From an uncultured Acidobacteriota bacterium (GTDB lineage: Bacteria > Acidobacteriota > Thermoanaerobaculia > Multivoradales > SZUA-115): a stretch of DNA of 64,000 bases. Every line of letters begins with the position of its first letter. Position 1 is the first letter of the stretch. The stretch is taken from the NCBI GenBank assembly GCA_963805975.1, contig CAWDVR010000002.1, positions 896,001-960,000 of the forward strand. Reading direction: 5' to 3'. The position numbers and the translations under genes are program-made. Positions 1 to 9,483 of this stretch are shown piece by piece. A model generated the notes under the pieces. It was not told the origin of the DNA and did not search any database. It was given only the letters and a program-made list of their open reading frames with translations.

Positions 1-464
1 GCCTGGCGCATCTCCGGGTTGCCGTCGATGCGGGCCACGTCGGCCCGCGCCGCGAGCGCCAGCGCCAGGCCGCGGTCGCCCTTCACCCAGATCGCGTTCA
101 CCAGGTAGAAGGAGCGGTACTCCGCACCCCGGAGCTCGAGCTCGGCGAGGAGCGGGCCCTGGGTCTCCTGTGCCGTCTTCATCAGGGCCTGGTAGACGAA
201 GTGGCCCTTGGCGAGCTTGCCCCGGAGCGCCGCCGCACCCGAGAGGTCCGCCTGCTCCGCCAGGACGACGAGGAACTCCGCCTCGGCGCCGGCCCTCGTG
301 TTCTCGAACACCCACGGATCGATCTTCCCGGCTCCCGGCTGGGCCTGGGCAAAGTTGCCAGGCGCCAGCAGCGCACTGCTCAAGACCGCCAGGCACCACA
401 GGCTCCGCCACCCCGAGCCCAGGCTGACGCCCGGCACCCTGCTCATCGAACTGCCTTTTTTCAT
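1..464 (-). CDS. S8 (subtilisin-like, bacillopeptidase F-type) serine peptidase, N-terminal part (signal peptide and propeptide); continues beyond the left edge
   Basis: Manual translation from ATG at 464 (GAGGAG RBS upstream): MKKGSS...KIDPWVFE...EFLVVLAEQADLSGAAAL...YRSFYLVNAIWVKG...DVARID, typical of an S8 propeptide. The catalytic domain is outside the window. Confidence 0.75.
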   Translation of the reverse strand, partial: MKKGSSMSRVPGVSLGSGWRSLWCLAVLSSALLAPGNFAQAQPGAGKIDPWVFENTRAGAEAEFLVVLAEQADLSGAAALRGKLAKGHFVYQALMKTAQETQGPLLAELELRGAEYRSFYLVNAIWVKGDRGLALALAARADVARIDGNPEMRQ

Positions 465-542
465 GACTTTCTCCTCTGAACGACGGAGTGCCAGTACCGG
501 TCGAATCAGAGACGAGCGCTAGACTCGCGGGCGGAGACAGGA

Positions 543-1553
543 ATGGCGAAGAGACGCTCCGCTCGCGACCAGCTCACGCTCTTCGGTGCCGTGGAGGCTC
601 CACCGGCCGTGGGCACGGCTCTGTTCGAGCCCGAGCTGGAAGCGCTGGCAGCCGAGGTTCCGCCGGAGATCCGGCTGGGTGGCTCCACCTGGTCGTTCCC
701 CGGCTGGGCCGGTCTGGTCTTCGACAAGGAATACCCGACCTCCGCGCTCGCCAGGGACGGCCTCGCGGCCTACGCGCAGCACCCGCTGTTCTCGATGGTG
801 GGGGTCGATCGGACCTTCTACAAGCCGATGACCAGAGAGGAGCACGCCGCCTACGCCGCGGTGGTGCCGCCGGGCTTCCGTTTTCTGGTCAAGGCCCACG
901 AGGCGCTGACCATCTTCCGTTACCCGGATCTCGACCGCTACGGCGAGCGCCGGGGCGAGATCAATCCCCTGTACCTGGACGCCGCCTACGCCAGCGAGGC
1001 GGTGGTCGCACCGATGGTCGCGGGACTCGGCGAGCGCCTGGGAGCGATCCTGTTCCAGTTCCCGCCCAAGGCGGCCGAGAGCCCCGAGGGCTTTGCCGAG
1101 CGGCTGGGCCATTTCCTGGGCAGCCTCCCGCGCGGGCCGGTCTACACCGTCGAGATCCGCAACCCCGCCCACCTCACCCCGGCCTACGTCGAGGCGCTCC
1201 GGAGCGCGGACGTCAGCCACTGCTACAACGTCTTCCCCGGCATGCCGGACCTCCTGACCCAGGCGCGCACGGTGGCCGGAACGGGGCCGGTGTTCGTGGT
1301 CCGCTGGGTGGTGCGGCCGGGCCTCACCTACGCCGGCGCCCGCACCCGCTTCGCACCCTTCCACGAGCTGGGCGACGAAGACCCGGCCACCCGCCGCACC
1401 GTGGCCGCCATGGCCCTCAAGGCGCTGAGCCGGGGCACTCCCTCCCTGCTCTCGATCCACAACCTGGCGGAAGGCTCCTCGCCGCTCTCGATCGTCGAGC
1501 TGGCGGAGGAGATCGTGCGGCAGAAGACGGCGGAAGCGCACTCCGCGAGGTGA
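543..1553 (+). CDS. DUF72 (YecE-like) domain protein
   Basis: Motifs LGGSTWSFPGW, DRTFYKP, VKAHEALT, LFQFPP, VEIRN. Confidence 0.88.
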   Translation: MAKRRSARDQLTLFGAVEAPPAVGTALFEPELEALAAEVPPEIRLGGSTWSFPGWAGLVFDKEYPTSALARDGLAAYAQHPLFSMVGVDRTFYKPMTREEHAAYAAVVPPGFRFLVKAHEALTIFRYPDLDRYGERRGEINPLYLDAAYASEAVVAPMVAGLGERLGAILFQFPPKAAESPEGFAERLGHFLGSLPRGPVYTVEIRNPAHLTPAYVEALRSADVSHCYNVFPGMPDLLTQARTVAGTGPVFVVRWVVRPGLTYAGARTRFAPFHELGDEDPATRRTVAAMALKALSRGTPSLLSIHNLAEGSSPLSIVELAEEIVRQKTAEAHSAR

Positions 1554-1559
1554 CAGCTC

Positions 1560-1858
1560 GTGGTGGTGGCATGCCTGACGGTGGTTTCGGCAGCCTCTCG
1601 ATGGGCCGACCCGAGCTACACCGTCGAGTACCCACAGGGCTATCGGCAGTGGACGCATGTGATGAGCTACGTGATCGGCGTCGCCGTGATGGTCAAGGAC
1701 AGTCAGCGTTATACCGAGACCGGGGGCTGGGCTACGAGGTCTTCGTTGGCAAGGGCCGGTCGAATGGTGTGTTGAATGCGCAGAGCCGGATGGGCTGCTA
1801 CGACCGCCATCTACGGCAAGAGAAGCAGGACTTTGTCTTCACTGCGCTGCGCGAGTGA
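1560..1858 (+). pseudogene. Degenerate cytochrome P460-family gene remnant
   Basis: YPQGYRQWTHV and VAVMVKDSQRYTETGGW in one frame. After a 1-nt shift near 1730 it continues GYEVF...CYDRH...DFVFTALRE*. The CxxCH heme motif has become CxxRH and the central segment is missing. Confidence 0.75.
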
Positions 1859-1917
1859 TCCAGAGGAGCAGCCGGGCCTCTGGCGAGGGGCAGCTCGGGA
1901 CCGCCGCTGCCTGCGGC

Positions 1918-3162
1918 CTACAACCCTCCATCCTGCTCCGCGCTCAACGCCATTCCCGAGCTCACCAGCCATTCCAGGGCCGCTTCGCCGGCGAGCTGGC
2001 GGCGCCAGCCGGAGAGGAGGGGGAGCGCGGGCTCGCGGCTGCGATCGCCGGCGACCCACCAGGCGAGGAGGGCTTCGGCCTCGGAGCGCGAGGAGACGAA
2101 GCGCGGGGCGATCTCGGCCTGGCGGGCCAGCTCCTCGAGCCGGTTCCAGAGCTTGCCCACGCGCTTGCGTTGCGGCAGCGAGAGGCGTGCCGGCCGCGGC
2201 GCGTCAATCCGTTGGCCCTTGGAGCGCCGGATCGCCGCCAGCACGTGCCGGCCATGGCGGCTGACCCACGTCGAGCCCAGGCCCTCGATCGCCGCGAAGT
2301 CCTCCGGCTTGTCGGGCAGGCGGCGCGCCAGCTCGAGCAGGGCGCGGTCCTTGACGATCCAGGACGGCGGCCGGTTGTCCTCGATCGCCTGCCGCTCCCG
2401 CCATTCGGCGAGCGCCTGGAGCGCGGCGAGCGAGCGCGGGGGCAGGGTCTGCCAGGCACCGAGGCGGAGATACGCGTCCTGGGGGGCGACGCGTCGGGTG
2501 GCGGACTCCGCGAGGCGCATCGACTCGGCTTCCACCCAGGCCAGCCGGCCGCGGTCGGCGAGGCGCCGCTCGAGCTCCTGCCACACCCGCGGCAGGTAGT
2601 ACACGTCGTCCAGGGCGTAGCGAATCTGTTCTGCCGAGAGGGGCCGGGCCAGCCAGTCGGTGAACTGCATGGCCTTGTCGAGGGCCGGGCCCGAGAGCTT
2701 TTCGACCAGCGCCGCGTAACCGATCTGGTCGCCGAGCCCGAGAAACGCGGCGGCGATCTGCGTGTCCACCACCTGCTGCGCGCGGGTGCCGAAGAGCGCC
2801 GCGAGAAGCGCGAGGTCGCCCTGCGCGGCGTGGAGAACAGTGCGGATCTCCTGGGAGGCGACCAGCGCCACGATCGGCGCCGGGTCCACCGCCAGCGGAT
2901 CGATGGCCGCCACGTGCGGCTCCTCGACCGGTCCCCAGCCCACCTGCAGCAGGGCGAGCTCCGGCTGGTAGCGGCCGGCGGAGGCGAACTCGAGGTCGAG
3001 GGCAAAGCAGCCGGCCTCCGCGATCGCACGCGCCACTGCCGCGACGTCGGCGGCCTGGGTGAGGGGTTGGGGGGCGTCGGACAAGGCGGATGGAAGGAGG
3101 TTGGGCCAGAAGGCCGACCGCGTGCCGGCCGGCCGAAGGCGGGATTCTACCTTCGGCGCCAC
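1918..3162 (-). CDS. rnd: Ribonuclease D (DEDDy 3'-5' exonuclease with HRDC domain)
   Basis: ALDLEF, HAAQGDL, DTQIAA, TDWLARPLS, YALDDV, then HRDC WRERQA..DNRPPSWI. Start codon uncertain. Confidence 0.88.
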   Translation of the reverse strand: MAPKVESRLRPAGTRSAFWPNLLPSALSDAPQPLTQAADVAAVARAIAEAGCFALDLEFASAGRYQPELALLQVGWGPVEEPHVAAIDPLAVDPAPIVALVASQEIRTVLHAAQGDLALLAALFGTRAQQVVDTQIAAAFLGLGDQIGYAALVEKLSGPALDKAMQFTDWLARPLSAEQIRYALDDVYYLPRVWQELERRLADRGRLAWVEAESMRLAESATRRVAPQDAYLRLGAWQTLPPRSLAALQALAEWRERQAIEDNRPPSWIVKDRALLELARRLPDKPEDFAAIEGLGSTWVSRHGRHVLAAIRRSKGQRIDAPRPARLSLPQRKRVGKLWNRLEELARQAEIAPRFVSSRSEAEALLAWWVAGDRSREPALPLLSGWRRQLAGEAALEWLVSSGMALSAEQDGGL

Positions 3163-4173
3163 TTACGCTCGCGCCAGCCCGACGGCGGTCCTCGTGGCCG
3201 CGTACACCACCATCGCGGCGAGCAGCAGCTTGACCCCGGCCGGCGCCAGCACGATGCCCACGCCGAAGAGGCCGACGGTCGAGAGCGTCCCACCGAGGGC
3301 CATCGCGAAGATCCGGCGCCATCGTCCGCTCACCTGCCAGGCGCGCAGTCGCCAGGCGAGCTTGATCTCGCGGAAGGAGAGCGCTCCCTGCGCCCCCGAG
3401 CCGGGTGCGGAAACTTGCGCCGCAGTCTCCCGCCAGGTCGCGGAGTCGCGCGCCATCGCGCGGCGCTCGAGCTCCGCCGCCTCGTCGCGGCTCGTGGGCC
3501 TGCCACTGGCGAGCGCCATCGCCACGGCACCGCCCACCAGCAGCGTGAACCCGAGGAAGGCTGCTCCCCCCAGCGTCGCGAGCCATGCCCCTTGGTGGGC
3601 CTGGAGGTACGCCTCGAGCGCCCGGAGCGGCGGCAGAGCGCTGCCGATCGCGATCACGAGGATCACCAGCGCGAGCCAGGCAACATTCTTCACCAGAGAC
3701 CACGAGCGAACCGCGAGTGTCGGCGGTGCCGGCAACGTGACTCTCTCCTCCTCGGGGGCCGGACCGGGAGAGTCTGCGGCCTCGTCCTCCGCGTCGAGAT
3801 CGGCCCCCATCTCCTCCGCCGCCACCGACTGGGCGCGAGTGAGCCTGCGAACGAGGGCGATCCAGAGGGCGTGGAAGCCGAACCAGGCTGCGACCACGCC
3901 CACGAGAAGAGTGAGGTTCCGCCCGTTCCATACCACGCCGGTCAGCCGAAAGAAGTGCAGGAAGGCGGCGCTCAGCCCGGCCCAGGCCAGCAGGTACAAA
4001 GCCCCCAGCCACCCCGCCCGTGCCCAGGGGCGGGGGCCGATCGTGTGCTCCGCCGCGGGCGGCGGCGGTTCGACGAGGGCGGCGCTGAAGCGCACCATGG
4101 CCCAGACCATCACCAGCAGCAGGATGGCCAGCGCGGCGAGCGCCGCGGGAAGCGATGAAGCGAGCGCCTGCAC
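3163..4173 (-). CDS. Hypothetical multi-pass membrane protein
   Basis: About 7 hydrophobic segments with an acidic linker; abuts rnd; no recognisable motif. Confidence 0.65.
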   Translation of the reverse strand: MQALASSLPAALAALAILLLVMVWAMVRFSAALVEPPPPAAEHTIGPRPWARAGWLGALYLLAWAGLSAAFLHFFRLTGVVWNGRNLTLLVGVVAAWFGFHALWIALVRRLTRAQSVAAEEMGADLDAEDEAADSPGPAPEEERVTLPAPPTLAVRSWSLVKNVAWLALVILVIAIGSALPPLRALEAYLQAHQGAWLATLGGAAFLGFTLLVGGAVAMALASGRPTSRDEAAELERRAMARDSATWRETAAQVSAPGSGAQGALSFREIKLAWRLRAWQVSGRWRRIFAMALGGTLSTVGLFGVGIVLAPAGVKLLLAAMVVYAATRTAVGLARA

Positions 4174-4197
4174 GGCAGCGGCTCAGAGAAACGGGCT

Positions 4198-5490
4198 TCA
4201 GGGCCGGCGAACGACCTTCCCGCCCAGCATCACGAAGTGGACGCGCTCCAGAAGGCTGAGATCGGAAAGCGGATCTCCGGGCACGGCGATGAGGTCCGCG
4301 AGCTTTCCCGGCTCGACGGTGCCGAGCCGGTCCTCCCAGCCCAGGAGCTCGGCACCGACGCGCGTGGCGGCCTCAATGGCCTGCATCGGGGTCATGCCGG
4401 CCCTGGCCAGCGCGGCGATCTCACGGGCGTTGATCTCCGGCGGGTAGCCGCCGAAGTCGCTCCCCACGGCGATCTTCACCCCGGCGCGGATCGCGGCCCC
4501 GAGCCGCTGGTAGTGCTCCGCGGCGTAGCGGCGGGAGAGCTCGACCATCTTGTCCTGCATGCCGGAGGGTGAGCCCTTCTCGATGTAGTAGTCGCCGATG
4601 TAGACGGTCGGCACCAGGAACACGCCGCGCTCCCTGGCGAGGGCGATGCCCTCGTCGTCGATGAAGGTGCCGTGCTCGATCGAGCGCACGCCGGCGCGGA
4701 TCGCCTGCTTGATCCCCTCCGCGGCGTGGGCGTGCGCCATCACCGGCACGCCGTGGCGCCCGGCCTCCTCGACCGCCACGGCCAGCTCCTCGGGCGAGAA
4801 GTGGACGTCCTGCGGGCTGTCGCCCGCCGACATGAAGGCGCCGGTGACCAGCAGCTTGATCCAGTCGCTGCCGTGCTTGATCTCCTCGCGCACCGCCTTG
4901 CGCATCTCCTCGACGCCGTCGACGATCCTGCCGTCCGGCACCACGTGGTGCTCGGGGCCCAGGAAATTGATGTCCCCGCCGCCACCGGTGATCGACAGGT
5001 AATGGCCGGCGCCGGTGAGGCGCGGCCCCACGAAGAGCCCCTCGTCGATCGCCCGCCGGAGGTCGAGGTGGGCGTAGTGGACGTCGGCGTCGCCGGCTAT
5101 GCGGAGCGTGGTCCAGCCGGCGTGCAGGTTGATCTGGACCGCTTTCAGGCCGCGGAGCGCCTTGGAAGCGGAGGAGCGCCGCAGGTGGTCGAGCTGGTAG
5201 TCGTCGCTCGAGATCAGCGGGTGGGAGTGCGCGTCGATCAAGCCCGGCAGTAGCGTCGAGCTCCCGAGATCGATCACCGGCACGCCGCTCGGGATGATCT
5301 CGCGGCCGCCCACGGCGGCGATGCGCTCGCCCTCGACCAGCACCGCGGCGTTCGTCCTCACCTCGCCGCTCCGGCCGTCGATCAGCCGTGCGGCGACGAT
5401 CGCGACGCGTGGCGACGGCGTGGGCTCGGCCACCGCCGGCATCGCGAGCGCTGCGGCGAGAAAGCAGAGGAACTTCATGCGCGGGGGCAT
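4198..5490 (-). CDS. Secreted metal-dependent amidohydrolase (Xaa-Pro dipeptidase-like subgroup)
   Basis: Signal peptide; PGLIDAHSH, DWIKL, MAHAH, SIEHG, GSDFG, GKLADLIAV. Confidence 0.92.
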   Translation of the reverse strand: MPPRMKFLCFLAAALAMPAVAEPTPSPRVAIVAARLIDGRSGEVRTNAAVLVEGERIAAVGGREIIPSGVPVIDLGSSTLLPGLIDAHSHPLISSDDYQLDHLRRSSASKALRGLKAVQINLHAGWTTLRIAGDADVHYAHLDLRRAIDEGLFVGPRLTGAGHYLSITGGGGDINFLGPEHHVVPDGRIVDGVEEMRKAVREEIKHGSDWIKLLVTGAFMSAGDSPQDVHFSPEELAVAVEEAGRHGVPVMAHAHAAEGIKQAIRAGVRSIEHGTFIDDEGIALARERGVFLVPTVYIGDYYIEKGSPSGMQDKMVELSRRYAAEHYQRLGAAIRAGVKIAVGSDFGGYPPEINAREIAALARAGMTPMQAIEAATRVGAELLGWEDRLGTVEPGKLADLIAVPGDPLSDLSLLERVHFVMLGGKVVRRP

Positions 5491-5599
5491 GCGGTAACGA
5501 TCCTCTCACGATCTCGTAACGGCAGGCCGCTAGCTTCGTGGTCACGGGCCAGGGCCGGCGGTACGGCCCTACCGACGACCATCCACCCTGGAGGAACGC

Positions 5600-6817
5600 A
5601 TGTCGAGAAGACCCCTCAACCGCTGGCTGTTGGCATCAGGCACCCTGGCGCTCGCCGCCCTGCTCCCGGGCGCGCTCGCCGCTCAGGTAGTGACCCCGAG
5701 CCTCTTCTACTACGACGGCAGCAACCTCACGAGCTTCAACCGCAACACGATCTTTTGGGAGCCCACCGGGGAGTACGCTCTCCAGCCCGGCTTCAACCTC
5801 TCCTTCAACGGCCGGCCCGACCCCGCGGCGCCGTGCACGGTGGACAGGAATGGCCCCACGATCCGCAACCTCCACTGGGCGAGCTCCCTGGTCGATACCG
5901 GGATCGTCGACGGTGCCGACAAATGGACCCCGAGCTGCGAGAACTGGCAGGGGTTTACCTATGCGCGGGTCCACAACGCGGCCTCGGGCGGTGGCATCGG
6001 CTACCAGACGTACACCGGCAAGAAGCCCTACGACGAATCCCCGGCCTTCTGGTGGCCGTACGGACCGGGCGGCGACCGATACGGTGCCAACCCCAACCTG
6101 ATGGGGGCCTTCGGCACCTTCCGCTTCAACTTGGGGCTGCCGGGCACCTTGATGCGGCCGTGGAGCGGGAACAACCCGGACAACGACCGGCGGCGCATGG
6201 CGGTTCGCAGCACCCAGCTCCTCAAAAAGATCCAGGTGCAGGGCGCCCAGTCGCAGGTGCAGCAGCAGTTCGGGTTCACAGTGCTCAACGTGCGCTGCTG
6301 GCAGCAGGGCATCACTCCCACCAGGCCGTGCCAGCTCAACATCGTCGCCAACACCCTGGTGGTCAACACCCAGGCCCAGTACACCTCGAATGCCCACACC
6401 TTCCAGGACCCGGCACAGGGAAGCATTCCGGTGATCTACGGCCCGATCCCGAGCCAGGGCCAATCCCTCACCATGAGCTGCCCCGGCTTCGGCTGCGGCA
6501 ACAACGTCTGGACCTCCTGGCTGGACCCCACCCAGCACGGCAACACGCCGTGGCCGGGCCCCAAGACCTTCCAGATCGAGATCTCTTTCAACCAGCTCCT
6601 GCGCATGCTGGCCGTGACCACGGCCGCCCGGCTCGGGGAATCGTTCCCTACACCCGGTCAGATCGAGTCGGTCTACGGCGACCAGTACGCCAACCCGCAG
6701 CAGTGGGTGCTGCTGGACATCGGCTTCGGCCAGGAGGTGCACAACAAGAACGTCGCCCAGAACCGCGTCTACCTGGGCGGCAACATGACCAAGCTCGAGG
6801 TCTACGCGGCCGAGTGA
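5600..6817 (+). CDS. Hypothetical secreted protein (405 aa)
   Basis: GGAGG RBS, AxA-type signal peptide, native codon usage, rich in G/N/Q/P/W with several Cys; family not recognised. Confidence 0.8.
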   Translation: MSRRPLNRWLLASGTLALAALLPGALAAQVVTPSLFYYDGSNLTSFNRNTIFWEPTGEYALQPGFNLSFNGRPDPAAPCTVDRNGPTIRNLHWASSLVDTGIVDGADKWTPSCENWQGFTYARVHNAASGGGIGYQTYTGKKPYDESPAFWWPYGPGGDRYGANPNLMGAFGTFRFNLGLPGTLMRPWSGNNPDNDRRRMAVRSTQLLKKIQVQGAQSQVQQQFGFTVLNVRCWQQGITPTRPCQLNIVANTLVVNTQAQYTSNAHTFQDPAQGSIPVIYGPIPSQGQSLTMSCPGFGCGNNVWTSWLDPTQHGNTPWPGPKTFQIEISFNQLLRMLAVTTAARLGESFPTPGQIESVYGDQYANPQQWVLLDIGFGQEVHNKNVAQNRVYLGGNMTKLEVYAAE

Positions 6818-6828
6818 GCGAGAACGCC

Positions 6829-6853
6829 GACCGCGCGCCAAGGGCGCGCGGTC
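6829..6853. terminator. GC-rich hairpin between convergent genes (candidate terminator)
   Basis: gaccgcgcgcc-aag-ggcgcgcggtc, perfect 11-bp stem; no U-tract. Confidence 0.45.
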
Positions 6854-7448
6854 AGTGCTTGCCCCAGATCTTCTCCAGCCGCGCGTCCCGGCCGCAGCTC
6901 GAGCGGTAGAAGCGGTAGCGGATCGGGTTCTTCTTGGAATAGTCCTGGTGGTACTCCTCGGCGCGGTAGAAGACGTCGAGCGGCACGATCTCGGTGTGGA
7001 TCGGCGAGGCCAGCTTGCCCGCCGCCTCGAGCGCCGCCTTGCTGGCCTCGGCGAGCTTCTTCTCTTCCGGCGTCCGGTAGAAGATCGCCGTGCGGTACTG
7101 CGGGCCGTGGTCGCAGAACTGCTGGTCTTTGACCGTGGGGTCGATGTTCTTCCAGAAGTGGTCGAGGAGCGCCTGGTAGCCGACCTTTGCCGGGTCGTAC
7201 ACCACCTCGATCGACTCGGTGTGGCCGGTGCCGCCGGCCGAGACCTGCTCGTAGGTGGGGTTCTTGATTCGGCCGCCGGCGTAGCCGGAGTCCACCCCCA
7301 CCACGCCGGGCAGCTTCTCGAAGTCGGCTTCGATGCACCAGAAGCAGCCGCCGGCAAAGTAGGCCTTCTCGGTCGGGGCCGCTCCGGCGCCGGCCGCCTG
7401 AAGCAAGGCGAACAGAATCGCCAAGGGAACCTTCCAACCTCGCTTCAT
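6852..7448 (-). CDS. msrA: Peptide-methionine (S)-S-oxide reductase MsrA, exported
   Basis: AGGCFWC, GYAGG, PTYEQV, GHTE, AEEYHQDY; N-terminal signal peptide. Confidence 0.95.
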   Translation of the reverse strand: MKRGWKVPLAILFALLQAAGAGAAPTEKAYFAGGCFWCIEADFEKLPGVVGVDSGYAGGRIKNPTYEQVSAGGTGHTESIEVVYDPAKVGYQALLDHFWKNIDPTVKDQQFCDHGPQYRTAIFYRTPEEKKLAEASKAALEAAGKLASPIHTEIVPLDVFYRAEEYHQDYSKKNPIRYRFYRSSCGRDARLEKIWGKH

Positions 7449-7449
7449 G

Positions 7450-7974
7450 TCAGCTCCTCAGAGCCGGCAGCGGCTCGCCCTCGGGCACGAAGGTGAGCGC
7501 CACGCCGTTGTTGCAGTAGCGCTTGCCGGTGGGGCTCGGTCCGTCGTCGAAGACGTGGCCCTGGTGGCCGCCGCAGCGGGAGCAATGGTATTCGGTACGC
7601 GGCAGCACCAGCTTCCAGTCGGTCTTGGTCTCGAGGCTCCCGGGCAGGAAGTCCCAGAAGCTCGGCCAGCCGGTGCCGCTCTCGTACTTGGCGGCAGCGT
7701 CGAAGAGCGGCAGGAAACAGGCGGCGCAGAGGAACTTGCCCGGCCGCTTCTCGGCGTTCAGAGGGCTGGTGCCGGAGCGCTCGGTGGCCTCCTCGAAGAG
7801 CACCGCGTAGGAGTTGCCCGGCAGGAGCTTCTTCCACTCTTCCTTGGACTTCGAGAGCTTCCCGGAGCCCTTCCCCGCTTCGTTCGCCGCCATGGTCTTG
7901 CCTCCGCATGCGGCCGGCAGGGCGGAGGCCGCCAGCAAGCCGAGGGTCGATTGCAGGAAGTGTCGTCGGTTCAT
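7450..7974 (-). CDS. msrB: Peptide-methionine (R)-S-oxide reductase MsrB, Tat/lipoprotein signal
   Basis: MNRRHFLQ...LPAAC signal; CAAC, KYESGTGWPSF, RTEYHCSRCGGHQGHVFDDGP, RYCNNG. Confidence 0.95.
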   Translation of the reverse strand: MNRRHFLQSTLGLLAASALPAACGGKTMAANEAGKGSGKLSKSKEEWKKLLPGNSYAVLFEEATERSGTSPLNAEKRPGKFLCAACFLPLFDAAAKYESGTGWPSFWDFLPGSLETKTDWKLVLPRTEYHCSRCGGHQGHVFDDGPSPTGKRYCNNGVALTFVPEGEPLPALRS

Positions 7975-7982
7975 ATCTCTTT

Positions 7983-9452
7983 CTACGGCGGCGGACGGCC
8001 TCCGGATGCCTCTCGCCGTGTTCTCTGTCGCCACAGGAAGTAGGCCGGCACGCCGAGGGCCACGAAGGAGAGGCCGAGCAAGGACTCGCGAGGCCGCTCG
8101 GAGAGCGTGCTCACCACCAGAGCCAGCGAGGCCAGGATGAACACCGCCGGCACCACCGGGTAGCCCCAGACGCGGTACGGCCGCGGCAGCTCCGGGCGCC
8201 GGGCGCGCAGCACGAAGACCGCGGCGCCGGTCGCCACGTGGAACAGCACCGCGGCGAAGATGACGTAGGTGTAGAGCTGGCTGTAGGTGCCGGAGAGCGT
8301 CAGCAGCAGGGCCCAGGCGGTCTGGATCCACAGGCTCTTGGCCGGGGTGCGATGACGGGGGTGGATGTCGGCCAGGGCGCGGAAGAAGAGGCCGTCCTCA
8401 GCCATCGGCAGGTAGGTCCGCGAGCTGTAGAGAATGGTCGCGGACAGGCAGCCGAAGGCCGAGACCAGCACCGCCGCCGACAGCAGCCGGGCGCCGGCCG
8501 GGCCGAAGAGGCTCGCGGCCGCCGCCTCGCCGATGCGCGTGGTGCCGGCCATCTCCTCCGGCGTCAAGGCGCGGAAGTAGGCAAGATTGATCAGCACGTA
8601 GAGGCCCAGCACCGCCAGCGTGCCGCCGATCAGCCCGATGGGCAGGCCCCGCGCGGGGTCCTTCATCTCGCCGGCCGAGAAGGTCAGGCCGTACCAGCCG
8701 TCGTAGGTCCAGAGGGCGGCGATCATGCCTACCGCGAAGGCCGCCGCGAGGCCGGCGCCCGGCAGCGGCGCGAAGAACGGGCTCGCCGCCTTGGCCGGCA
8801 CCAGGAAGCCGATGCCGGCGAGGAGCAGCATCGCCGCGATCTTCGCCAGCGTCAGCAGGTTCTGCACCCAGGCGCCTTCCTTCAAGCCGAGGTAGTTGAC
8901 CGCGGTCAGCAGGACGATGGCGAGGGCGCCGCCGAGCTGGCTGCCGCGGAGCACCCACGGCCAGCCGCCAATGTCGGCGGAGACGATCGCGTGCTCGGTC
9001 GAGAAGAACGGCAGGAAGCTTCCCAGGTACTCGCCGAAGCCCACGGCGATGGCGGCGATGCCGCCCGACATGATGACCGTGAACGCCGTCCAGCCAAAGA
9101 GGAACGCGGGCAGCGGACCGTAAGCCTCTTTCAAGAACACGTACATGCCGCCGGCCCTGGGGAACATCGCCCCGAGCTCGGCGTAGGTCAGCGCCCCGGC
9201 CAGGGTGAAAAGACCGGAGGCGATCCACACGGCGAGGATCCAGGCCTCGCTCGGCAGCACGCGCGCGATGTCGCCGGTGGTGAGGAAGATGCCGGTGCCC
9301 ACCACCGAGCCGATGGTGAGCAAGGTGCCGTCGAAGGCCGAGAGGCCGCGCACCAGGCCGGGCGCGCGGGCGTCCGGAGCGGTGTCGGGAGCACTTCCAC
9401 GGGGTTTTCGCAAGGTGCGCGGCAGCCTAGCGCCGCGCGCCCGGCGGCGCAA
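7983..9452 (-). CDS. APC-family (LAT-like) amino acid permease
   Basis: GSVVGTGIF, YAELGAMFPRAGGMY, WTYDGW, HPRHRTP, RPYRVWGYP; about 12 TM segments. Start uncertain. Confidence 0.92.
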   Translation of the reverse strand: MRRRARGARLPRTLRKPRGSAPDTAPDARAPGLVRGLSAFDGTLLTIGSVVGTGIFLTTGDIARVLPSEAWILAVWIASGLFTLAGALTYAELGAMFPRAGGMYVFLKEAYGPLPAFLFGWTAFTVIMSGGIAAIAVGFGEYLGSFLPFFSTEHAIVSADIGGWPWVLRGSQLGGALAIVLLTAVNYLGLKEGAWVQNLLTLAKIAAMLLLAGIGFLVPAKAASPFFAPLPGAGLAAAFAVGMIAALWTYDGWYGLTFSAGEMKDPARGLPIGLIGGTLAVLGLYVLINLAYFRALTPEEMAGTTRIGEAAAASLFGPAGARLLSAAVLVSAFGCLSATILYSSRTYLPMAEDGLFFRALADIHPRHRTPAKSLWIQTAWALLLTLSGTYSQLYTYVIFAAVLFHVATGAAVFVLRARRPELPRPYRVWGYPVVPAVFILASLALVVSTLSERPRESLLGLSFVALGVPAYFLWRQRTRREASGGRPPP

Positions 9453-9483
9453 CCCGAGCCGCTGACGGCCTGCCCTCTCCTCG

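Noticed and set aside
6852-7974. Selenocysteine-containing Msr
   Set aside because: The catalytic positions are ordinary Cys codons and there is no in-frame TGA.
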